A program made the translations under genes and the position numbers. This document shows positions 9,801-18,158 of a stretch of DNA of 64,000 nt, in pieces. Where the stretch lies: the NCBI GenBank assembly GCA_964187785.1, contig OZ076411.1, positions 26,040,001 through 26,104,000 on the forward strand. The letters run 5' to 3'. This DNA comes from Amphiscolops sp. MND2022 (Eukaryota). Position 1 is the stretch's first letter. Each line of letters opens with the position of its first letter. The notes under the pieces were generated by a model. It did not search any database, had not been told where the DNA came from, and saw only the letters and a list, made by a program, of their open reading frames with translations.

Positions 9801-10228
9801 CTCGTCCGCTGGTTCCAGCAAGCGCAGATGCAACTGACTTGGATGCGTTAACACCCAACCACTTCTTGCTTGGAACAGCTGGCTCGTCTCTACCGTCCCA
9901 TTCTAACTGTGATTTCGACCACCGCAAGCGATATGCACGCGCCCAAGCTTATTCTGACGCTATCTGGAACAGATGGCTGAAAGAATACGTGCCAACTTTG
10001 AATCGTCGCTCAAAGTGGTCCTCACAGTCCGCCAGGCAACTGAAAACCGGAGATCTAGTTTGGATCGTGGAACCCACAAGCCCGAGAGGCTATTACCCTC
10101 TCGCGCGCGTCGTCAAACTCAACTTTGGCAGCGATGCCGTCGCCCGCTCTGCCGAAGTTAAGACCACGTCCGGAAACCTCGTCCGTCCAGTCGTGAAACT
10201 AGCCCCAGTCCTTCCTTCCCCCGAATAA
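3833..10228 (+). CDS. BEL/Pao gag-pol polyprotein (2131 aa)
   Basis: Coiled-coil N-terminus and P/T/S-rich linker; DUF1759-like gag (KLEHYNGDPLQWHEW); three Cys/His knuckles (CIVCKDNHPLWRC, CFSCLKRNHSFRQC, CNKDGCNSSHNTLLH); protease ALCDSACS; RT YMDD; Pao-type RNase H (ELHVFGDSS); integrase (H..H..CVTC, DYFGP, SDNGTNF, GGVWERLVR); DUF5641-like tail. Confidence 0.97.
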   Translation: MTDSQHEKVQKLHENRLKAQTELNTLQQKILDSITNGDRRVRVERLVKETEDAMTKAFTRNKQLITLASKTSDSETVQADLEKWLREVTEQNDEILRKAREYIDSCTESDVKSHSSVGTVNKSASKRSSTSGRTKTSSQRQKDLLLATQRREELERQNANAIRLAKQKQEVARKQLEREKERLEEEQALQLEELQEENRRKLAEAKLTELELTDDLSQVTDEFHETLSRISKHSKQTTSQRVSDWVNEVNEPDSVSNQPQTNTVDLNNVPGSSNTAVILESNDVVRMRQATLEMRSLADGNIGPRQSQIPQIGISSNSTILRPNSTPPSFAAINPLPMFQLPTVSTTSNTVSSVTVPVVNQQPLTMLSQVQPSVAPTTTRTQVNIPSSHVIPNLSAWTFPAPSSFPTVHTTVPQPVRRQVMLPSTTATPIVTTTGIFTPVVPIQSGGTTFYCNPLATTTPSMTFPVPPSTTATVNVPFPTFPHTVQSTIPPVTPTAVTIQDLAQLLTAAKKDHLPEWKLEHYNGDPLQWHEWIGQFRSAIDSAPLSNDVKLTYLKTLVTGKAKTAIAEFAYCGTMYQEALKTLERKFGQPHAVVSAHLDKLSGFPPLKMHNSENVIAFSATISALVGVFRSLKYEHDLSSAALLGQAVQKLPPNMKEAWSMHTVKKDWSRPTLLDFNEWLKDKAEAHERMKASATKPKNDESAPSVTRTKTGAKVFASATSSASANGTGTKPNRVQPNCIVCKDNHPLWRCRVFLDKTPTERAKIVAENKLCFSCLKRNHSFRQCPQPRKCNKDGCNSSHNTLLHGAERVFQPRTTPKPSTNQATGSRSPKITVNKAGESSGVCSVSDVKGLLQITEVEVHTPTTSVKVLALCDSACSHSWISEDLATKLNVKGLPTKLTVHGINSQQVVDTQIVELKLTPVHSGGSCSTFDVKPYVRKNLHVGNDVIDVDQLKQQYPHLEPVALSKYSYGDVEMILGQDVFHSIRPLEYFESDRKNTPIAVRLPLGWVLSGPLPSTSGLVSTCFKAVTQSESDSKLADQLRSWYEMESFAAMKQVDPRSAADARASKILQETTYHDGCRYQVGMLWADDESSLPNNYFSALVQLKSLERRLEKTPELKASYAQTIKDDFDKGYIVQVDKSDCFRVDNPREWYLPHHPVFHPHKPGKVRRVLNGAAKYHGVSLNSKLLTGPDLLQTLIHVLMRFRQHPYAVSADIEGMFLQVGVIPEDRPSLRFLWREDPATDVAVYQYVRHIFGSKDSPTCANYALQQTARDNQNQFHEAANSVENHFYMDDYLESSPTVNEATKKAQDLVEMLAKGGFKLTKFVSNVPSLVKNVDPKSQPPTDSTEKVLATDEETSHVLGLKWNHSRDTLVVSRGTTPDLNRPITQRIVLSLVSAVYDPIGLVAPYTVTARLLLKDIWRLSGQQWDNNLPDDVSEKFLEWAAELPKLSEITIPRSYFRGTIENVELHVFGDSSQDVFSAVAFLRARVDSNEGTETQLAYVFGKARVAPMKVLTIPKLELQAALLAARLKDEIQQALTVPVETTFMWTDSTTVLQWLHSIDKKPVFVANRVAEILELTTVDEWNHVPTADNPADAGTRGLPANSLLNSPWLKGPKFLMTSDWPFQPSGEILKTNLKNIDSSEVNTKPVYQEATANTASVSSNVLTLEWQKYSSYEKLLRIVAYILRVLPKFSCNRTKTGAITETKNLLKSHPVSRPSIIKDFSPFIGSNGLLRAQGRTKNLEVANFDVKHPILLDSRHPAVRLFLEHLHEKHYHQGVEYLGALIQQKFAIVKLRTTLRTIQTRCVTCRKRKAETLTPIMADLPKERLAFAARPFTNTGLDYFGPFYVSVKRSTEKRWGFLFTCLTTRAVHFEVVPSMDTSSCVMGIERFVARRGIPSVIWSDNGTNFVATEKELLQNVLKWNHQSIAESMVKKGVNWKFNPPSAPHHGGVWERLVRSFKHTFYAILGNRRLTDEILTTVFCLVEQSLNARPLVPASADATDLDALTPNHFLLGTAGSSLPSHSNCDFDHRKRYARAQAYSDAIWNRWLKEYVPTLNRRSKWSSQSARQLKTGDLVWIVEPTSPRGYYPLARVVKLNFGSDAVARSAEVKTTSGNLVRPVVKLAPVLPSPE

Positions 10229-10380
10229 CCTGATTTATTGCAACCCGTAACACTTGTAATTAACCTATTAACATTAACCACATGTACCTTTAAAACACGT
10301 ATCACCATATGTATCATGTATTTTTGTATCAAATCGATCATGAAAAAAAAATTCTTTTTGTTCCGACCGATCATCTTCTT

Positions 10381-10392
10381 GGGCCCGGAGGA
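10381..10392 (+). promoter_or_regulatory. Polypurine-tract position of the BEL element
   Basis: GGGCCCGGAGGA directly precedes the 3' LTR TGTT. Confidence 0.7.
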
Positions 10393-10818
10393 TGTTGCGG
10401 TGCAATACAAATAAGACTGAATTAAAACAAATAATAATAAGTCCGCTTGGCCGAATGGTTAATTCAGTTCGCTATGGGCATTATCGAGATCGCAGGTTCG
10501 ATTCCCGGGACCGTCAAATATTTGGGAAAATACCCAAATATCCAAAATATCTCTGATTTTTGCAAATATGTATTTCGATTAACCTTGAAATTGCGTAAAA
10601 AGGTCTTGCTAGCTTTTGTTTGTTAGTGTTTATTGTTGTTTGATAATATTTAAATAATTATTGTTCATTTGTCTGCGAAACGCAATAATTCTACTGTTAT
10701 TTATATTCATTTGAGCCACGTTTTGACACGGATCTGACTGACATCCTATTCAAAAAATAAAGTATTGATTGCTTTGGGTTTTAACCGAACTCTAGAAACC
10801 GAATTCTAAAGTTTTACA
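10393..10818 (+). repeat. BEL/Pao 3' LTR (426 bp)
   Basis: Same length and sequence as 1816-2241; followed by TSD TTGAT. Confidence 0.97.
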
Positions 10819-11584
10819 TTGATAAAACAAAACATTGAAACAGGTAAGATTCGAACCTCCGCCACAGCTCTAGTCGGTTCTTTTCTTTGAGAAGCCACGA
10901 ATTAAAATGGTTCGGTAAACGTTCGAGTAACGCAAAAACGCGGTCGTTTTGATATTTGTTCAATGTGGGTTGAACTTGATCATTGGATTTTGCTAATCTT
11001 GGATTTTTTTGGAAGCTGTTTTTTGCATGTATTTGGGCTATGATCACCTCCGTCTACTTTATTTGTTTCGTGGAAATGATAAAAAATTATTCAACGTGGA
11101 AAAAGCAAATTTTGTCCCATGTTTGGAAACCCGGTGGCAACCATCCTCCGAGTTCATTGGTTTTCGTATTCCATTGCGTAGTTTTTCATACTGGTTCCAG
11201 TTAGTAATGTCCCATAGAGGCTCGTATAGTTGGACATCCGTGAGAAGCGGAATCTCCTCCGACGCGACACCAATTCGAATAAAAAAGGGCCTATTGGCGG
11301 GTGGGGGCCTGTCCCGGGGTCGACAGGGCGCATCCTTTCATGTTCTCCAAGTTCATAGCTAAGGGCTAGCCAAATACACAAATTTGGTTTTAGTAATCAG
11401 GGACAAGAAACGCAATCCTCATAGTAACAAATGATAACAGTTCTTAATGACAGCACAATTAACAGTAGTTAATAGTTTTATTTTCCCTAACGAAGGTTAG
11501 CGAAGAATTTTTTCAAGTTCTTTTTCCTTCACCAATTTCTGTCATAACTTCCATAACTTAACGTCTATTGATGATAATGACTTT

Positions 11585-11665
11585 TGTCTGTTAGCTTGGA
11601 GGTTAACGTGAGTTTTGATTCAGTTAATCTGCGTTGTGTGTTCGTGGGTTCGAATCTGGGGCTAA
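11585..11665 (+). repeat. tRNA-derived SINE-like head
   Basis: A-box-like TAGCTTGGAGG (11592-11602) and B-box-like GGTTCGAATCT (11647-11657); no cloverleaf. Confidence 0.5.
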
Positions 11666-12019
11666 GCGAAACGTTTTTTTTCTAGCAAAGAAAGCAAAGG
11701 CCAAACCAAATGATTTGTCCTTGTGAAATTTTTTAGGCGCTATGCTGCTTTTTTTCTGATATTTATTTCGGCACTATGCATCCTACCAAGAAAATGTCTT
11801 TCGAAAACAAATCAGTTTTTGAAGAAACTTCTACAAACTTGTCGAAGCCTAACCTAGTCGAGATTGCTTGAACTTTTTATATTGCTGCATAGAAACATGC
11901 AGGCTAATTTTTTACAAAACACGGAAAATTCCGAGAACCTGCATTAAGCATTTTGTACGATTACCATGCAGCCTCAACTATTTGAAATAAAACTGAAAAC
12001 GTTTTCTCTTTTTCACCGC

Positions 12020-12260
12020 AGCGATCACTTTGTTTTCACGCGTAAGTTTCTCAAGTAAGTATCTTATATAAACACTGTTAGTCAAATAGCACAATTATGA
12101 CGCTACTTAGAAACTTATAATGTGACTGAAGTTTCTTTGCAATAAAATCGCGGTAAAATTGATGAAGTTCTCAGCTGGTTTCAAAATTAAAACGGCGTCC
12201 TAATGAAATCTGCAAAAATGAAACCTATGAAGAAATTTCAAGCAGTTCCAAACAGGGTAT
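12020..12260 (+). repeat. Dispersed non-coding repeat family (other copies ~40000-40350 minus, ~61522-61760 plus)
   Basis: Shared blocks gatcactttgttttcacgcgtaagtttctcaa and ctcagctg..aaaatta.a.cggcgtcctaatgaaa.ct across the copies. Confidence 0.8.
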
Positions 12261-12492
12261 TCGAAAAACTTTTTTTTGTTTTTGAGGTTTTCTTCCATGC
12301 AATACTGTTTTTTCTTTCTTGAGGGTGGCAACTTGGAATAATTTTTGGTCACGTGGGACTAATGAAGGGCTTTCTCAAAAATTATGTAAATAAGATTTTC
12401 TCAACTGTGTGCGACTTTTTCCAAAAGAACAATTCACAGAAAAAAAGCGTTTTCGTTACAAAAACAATTAGGAAAATTGCTTTCTCTACATT

Positions 12493-13053
12493 TGTTGACG
12501 AAAGAATTTAGTCAAATTTCTTGAGCTACAAAACTTAAACTTTTATTTTATAGAAGCTCAAAATTGAAACGAAACAATCTAACCTGATATGTTAGCAATC
12601 TTCAAGTTGTTCGAGCAATGAAATGAATGATGGTGCTAGCTGACTCGAAATTATTGTTGATGTTCTACCTTTCAATTTCAACCTGTCGAAAGTATCGTAA
12701 AAATCAAACATATGGCTCCCATCTATGACTTCAAAATTGGATTACGAAGTGATTCTGAAGTTCATGATTATTCCCTTGAAGTATCACATTTTTTCATGAT
12801 GGTGTGATGGAATATTTTTTCCAGAATATTCGATTGTAAAAGTCAAGGAAATGCTGATCCGCCTTCTTCCAAAGTCACAATCCTTTAATAAATGTCATGG
12901 TTACCTTTTGGAGTATAAATACCCGGTGCTTTCTACAACTTTTCACAGCGCTCATCAACGGAAATAGCCTTCAAATCTAATAGTCAAATTAACTTTTTCA
13001 AATTGTCTTTCCAGACGAAAGTCTGCCCTGTTCAGCCACGTCCTAGCCTAATT
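12493..13053 (+). repeat. Copia 5' LTR (561 bp)
   Basis: Aligns to 17726-18158 with about 22 mismatches in a ~160-nt block (eye count) and ~128 extra bp. Confidence 0.85.
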
Positions 13054-13067
13054 GGTTTTGGGCCCAG
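13054..13067 (+). promoter_or_regulatory. Copia-type PBS (half initiator tRNA-Met primer type)
   Basis: GGTTTTGGGCCCAG is one mismatch from the GGTTATGGGCCCAG PBS of animal copia elements. Confidence 0.8.
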
Positions 13068-13305
13068 TGGAAGGCAATTAAGAACCTGTTGCCCAGTGAA
13101 AGGCAATTAAACTGTTTTTTTGTTGTTGTTGTGGAACCTCTGGTCGGCGAAACCGCAACGAATATCAGTGTGATTGCGAATGATGAAGAGTATGGGTACG
13201 GGAATTCATTTGAGCACAATTTACTCGAACCGACTCTTGTGATCAAGACTGCCTTGGGACGGCACACTAAGAAGCTAAAGTTGAAAACTGTGTCTTTCAG
13301 TGTAA

Positions 13306-16300
13306 TTGTTTATACAATCAGGCGTTTCAAAAGTCAAAAATGGAAATAATCTCAAATGGCTCTGCTTCTCGGGACTAACTGAGGACTACCCAATATGGTG
13401 TACCAGATTTCAAGCCTTTGCTCAAATAAGAAGCCTATTCGACACACTCACTGGCGATGATCGACCACCAGCCCAATCCGCGCGGCTTGGGAATGCCGCA
13501 ACTGATGAGACCCGCGCTGCTCACGACGCAGCTCAAGAAGGTCATAGACATGGTGTTGATGACATCGAGAAACGTAAAAACACACTGTGGTCTTACCTTG
13601 CGATGGTTCGCGATTCAACAAGCCTGATGTTGATCAGGCATAATTGTATTGACCGCAAAGACGTCGGTGATGGTCACAAGGCATGGGGGCTTCTACACGA
13701 AAGGTTCCGAAGCAAAGAAACAGTGTTTGCTGTCAGTGTGATGAGGCAACAGGCTCGCTGGATGCTGAAAGAAGACGAGGCACTCCACAATTACTTTATA
13801 AGAGCCCGAGAGCTCTCAAATCGCCTGGAACAAGCCTGGAACATCTATCAGAGCCACTGCTCAATGCGATGGTACTCAATGGCTTACCTGAGCGCTATGA
13901 GCACTTCGTGGTGCAAGAGCTTCAATCCAGCTGATAGTTTCGTGGAGCTTGGAACACTGCTGACCATCTACGAAGAGAGTCGTCTACAACGCGAGTCTGT
14001 GGATGATGTGAATTCACATATGGTGATGACGTCCAAATAGGCCAGGCCAAAGCACAAGTCAAGAATATAGAACGCGGCGCCAAAGTCAAGTTCAGGACAA
14101 CTAACATGCAACTGTTGCGGCATGAAATGTCACATGAAAACTGAGTGTTATAACTTTTTCAAGGTAGCCTTTTTGCTTACAAAAAGTACTTTCAACTTTT
14201 TCTCTTATAAGTTATAAGAAAGAAAAAGTTGAAAGTACTTTTTGTATGCAAAAAGGCTACCTCGAAAAAGCATGTAACAGAAAGGAGCTTAAAGGAGGCA
14301 GTACGGAAGCTTAGCATCAAGTCAGGACAATCAAGCGAGCCAAAAACTAACGACCTAGTAGTAGACTCAGGAAATACAGACCATGTAATAGTGAACAAGA
14401 ACTGGTTCAGAAACTTGAAAAAAGTAGATACTACAGTTACCATTCCTGATGGGGTAACACAAAAGTCCAAGGAATAGTAGAAGTCGAGGTCGTAGCTCAA
14501 GACGTAAAAAGAAGGACTAAGCCTTTTGCCTTACGAAAAGCCTTGTATGTGCCAGGATACCGAACAAACTTGACCTCAGTATCCAATATAGTAGACAATG
14601 GACCTAATATTGGTCATGACGCAAAAAACAGTTTCCTTTGCCTCAAATGCAAAGAGAAATTCTCCATCAAAAGAAATGGATACCTTTTCTTCCTAAGTAC
14701 GACCCCATAGCAAGGAAACCACTGTACTAATTTGAGTGGGGGGTCCAACGAAGCACAACTATGGAACAAACGTTTCGTACATGTAAACTACAGAGACCCA
14801 AAAAGTTCTCTGTCGAAAAACCTGATGGAGGTGGATAAAAAATGCAAAACTTGCTGCTTAGCCAAAATAACCACTACGTCTGTCCCAAAACAAAATGGAA
14901 AAGAAGCATCGAAAACTGGTGAAAGAGTTTTCAGCGATGTTGTTCGACCGATCACCACATCAAGTAAAGATGGGTTTAGATACTTCGTCACGTTCATTGA
15001 CGAGGACAGTTCGCATGCTTGTGTGAAGTTCATGCGTCACAAAAATCAAGTTCTGCAAATGTTCAAAACGTACATCACTGAATGCGGTACGCCAGGCATA
15101 CTTCGCTCTGACATTGGAACCGAGTATTCAAACAAACTTTTACGAACTTGTGTTCCAACAACAAAATCAAACACGAATACATCGTCCCTGAAACCCCGGA
15201 ACAAAATGGTGTCGCAGAGCGATACAATCGAACTATTGTAGAGACTGCTCGAAGTCTTTTAATCTAGTCAAAACTTCCGAAAAGCTAATGGCTCAGAGCT
15301 GTAGAAACTGCAGCCAATGTAAGAAAACTTGTCAAAAAAACAAAGAAGAGAATACCACTTTCGAAACATTTTGGGGCAGAAAACCCAAAACAGATCATTT
15401 GAAAGTTTTTGGTTGTTAAGCATACGTAAACAACCGAATGCGTGAAAAATTGAAATTCAATCCGAAAGCACGGAAACATGTTTTCGTTAGCTACGATGGC
15501 CACAGTACGGCCTACCTGTTGCAAGACATTGGAACTAGAAAAATGACACGAGCTCGCAACGTCGTGTTCAATGAAAAGAGAGTAGTTGGTTTCACCAACG
15601 AAACAAGAGAAAACGAAAATGATCATCTTCTTTTCGATGTAACTTTTGACGATGAAATTGAGCAAAGCAAGACCGAAATTGCAGAAAAAACAGAAGTGAA
15701 GGACGAGGGTCCTGAAGTTGAAGGGAAAGTTGAAAACGCCACTGATGAAGAAAACTCATCGAGTTCCGAATCTGAAATTTATGTTGACACTACTAGCCCG
15801 ATAATTCCTAACTAAGAAGTACAGGATCAGGATGTAACGCCCATCAGGTCAGATTAAGTATTCCAGGCACAACGGTTAAGACTTCCTGTCCTACAGGAAT
15901 GCTTTCAAATAACGAGTGGTGTTCAGAAAACTCCTCAGGTCGTAAAACCAAAAATCAAAGTACCCAGTAAATTGAAACTAACTGGACAACACTTGAAAAT
16001 ATCTATCCCATTGAGCGAAAAAGTGCTAGATGAGAGATGGGACAATTACTATGAAATGAAAGATGCAAAAAGGGCATCTAAGGAGCTAAAGCGAGAGGAG
16101 AGGTCCTCAAAGATATGGCCAAAGTTACAACCATAACTCAACATTCTTTGCGAAAGAAAATGAAACCTACAATCAAGCAATAAGTTCTTGTGAAAAAAAC
16201 GAAATGGCTGCAAGCAATGCAGGATGAGCTTAAGTCTTTGAACAAAACTAACACATGGACGTTAGTTGAGCGTCCAAAGAACAAAAATGTAATCCCGGGG

Positions 16301-17682
16301 AAATGGGCTTACAAAGTCAAAACTAAAGCCGACGGAAGCCTTGAAATTTACAAAGCGCGTAATGTAGGTTTTGAGCAATTTGAAGGCTTAGACTGTTCAG
16401 AAATGTTCGCGCCAACGAGCAAACATTGTCTTTTCGAATCATTCTTCCGCTAGCAGCGAAAGAAATCTTTACGCTAAGGCAAATGGATGTAAAGTCATGT
16501 TACTTACATCCACTAATCAAAGAAGAGATATACCTCGAGCAACAGACTGGCTTTGATGAAACAGACCGCTCGGGAAACAAGCTTGTCTGTAAATTGAACA
16601 AATTATTCTACGGACTGAAGCAGGCCGATAAAAATTGGTATGAGGAGGTAGCGAGCTTCCCCTCATACAACAAAACTTTAGTCGTAGCAAGAATGATTAC
16701 TGTCTTTTTATTGAAAAACAAGAAAAAAGAATGTTGTACGTTGTTCTAAGTTGGGTAGATGATCTAGTAAAAGCAGGTAGCAACAATGAGGATCTAGAAA
16801 AGTTTTAAAAAATTCAAGATGGACGATCGAGGAACACTCGAATGGTTCTTAGGCATGCAAATAAGTCAGGGAAGAGCCAAAATCTCTTGACCAGAAAACG
16901 TATATTGAGAGCGTCATAGAGAAACTTAGCATGCAAGACAGCAATCCTTCGAAAACGCCAGCAGAGAACAATCTGAGATTAGTTATGGCAACTGATAATT
17001 AAACATTGGTTGATGAGAGACTATACAGAAGTCTGGTAGGCTCCATAGTATACATTGCTTAGCAAACTAGAGCAGATATAGTATGGATCGTCAATGTGTT
17101 CTCTCGATTCATGGACAAACCAACTAAAATTAACTGGCTGGCTGGCAAACGTGTCCTCCGCTATCTTCAAAACTGGAAGTCACTCAAGCTGGTCTACTCA
17201 CAAGACAGTGACATCAATCTACATGCAGACAGTGATCCAGACTGGAGTGGCGACCATGATGACAGAAGTTCGACCACTGGCAACTTCTTCAAGCTTGGAT
17301 TAAGTGGGGAAGCAGTAAGCTGGCAAACTAAGAAGCAGCAGACAGTGGCACCATCATCATGTAAGCAGAATATTAAGGTCTAGCTGCTGCAGTGCGAGAA
17401 GCAACTTTCTTGCGTTCACTCTTGTGTGAAATGGGCTATGAGCAATCACAGCCAAGCATCATTGTGGATGACAATCAGATTTGCATCAAGCTGGCAACTA
17501 ACTCCGTGATGCACAAGCGATCGAAATATATTGACACGAAGTTCTACTTCATACGGGAGAAAGTTGATGACAATTCAAATCAACTAGTCTATATTCCAAC
17601 TGATCAACTGGCACCTGATCTGTTGACCAAGGCATTTCTACAAGTGGAAGTGGAGCAACATCGAAAACAACTTTTGGGTTAA
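13306..17682 (+). pseudogene. Frameshifted/stop-riddled Copia gag-pol
   Basis: gag FSGLTEDYPIWCTRFQAF; knuckle CNCCGMKCHMKTEC; protease VVDSGNTDH; integrase VFSDV..LRSDIGTEY; RT WLQAMQDELKSL, QMDVKSCYL, WVDDL; RNase H ADSDPDWSGD..RSSTTG, HKRSKYIDTKFYFIRE. Confidence 0.92.
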
Positions 17683-17725
17683 ATGCAGGGTCTTACTACG
17701 ACATCCGGAACAACCTGAGTGGAGA

Positions 17726-18158
17726 TGTTGAGGAATTGAACTTAGTCAATTTTTTTGAGCTACAAAACTTAATCTTTTATATTACTAGTAGCTGAAATTC
17801 GAAAAGAAACATCTGACTCCCATTTACGACCTCAAAATTGGATTATGAAGCGATTCTGAAGTTCATGATTATTCCATTGAAGTATTACATTTTTTCTTGA
17901 TGATTTGATGGAAAATTCTTTCCAGAATATTCGGTTGTTAGTGTCAAGAAAATGCTCATCTACTTTTTTCCAAAGTCCCCAATCTTTAATAAATGTCATG
18001 TTTACCTTTTGGAGTATATATACCCGGTGCTTTCTACAATTTATCACAGCGCTCATCAACTGAAATAGCCTTCCAATCAAATAGTCATATTAACTCCTTT
18101 TTCTAATTGTCTTTCTCAAACGAAAGTCTTCGCTGCTCAGCCATGTCCTAGCCTAATA
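17726..18158 (+). repeat. Copia 3' LTR (433 bp)
   Basis: Follows the PPT; ends cctagcctaata; followed by TSD ACATT. Confidence 0.85.

Larger units (their letters stand above)
1816..10818 (+). mobile_element. Full-length, recently inserted BEL/Pao LTR retrotransposon
   Basis: Two 426-bp TG..CA LTRs (1816-2241, 10393-10818) with no differences found by eye; perfect 5-bp TSD TTGAT (1811-1815, 10819-10823); PBS after the 5' LTR; PPT before the 3' LTR; gag-PR-RT-RH-IN domain order in one ORF. Confidence 0.97.
12493..18158 (+). mobile_element. Old, degenerate full-span Ty1/Copia LTR retrotransposon
   Basis: Diverged LTRs 12493-13053 and 17726-18158, both starting TGTTGA; perfect 5-bp TSD ACATT (12488-12492, 18159-18163); Copia-type PBS; PPT GAGTGGAGA; gag-PR-IN-RT-RH remnants in Copia order. 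Confidence 0.92.

Noticed and set aside
3770-10410. Many short minus-strand and alternate-frame ORFs within the BEL element
   Set aside because: Shadows of the long gag-pol ORF with no motifs.
10843-10860. B-box-like GGTTCGAATCT (minus strand) ~25 bp from the BEL insertion site, suggesting Pol III-targeted integration
   Set aside because: No matching A box, B-box-like motifs are common in this window, and one site cannot show targeting.
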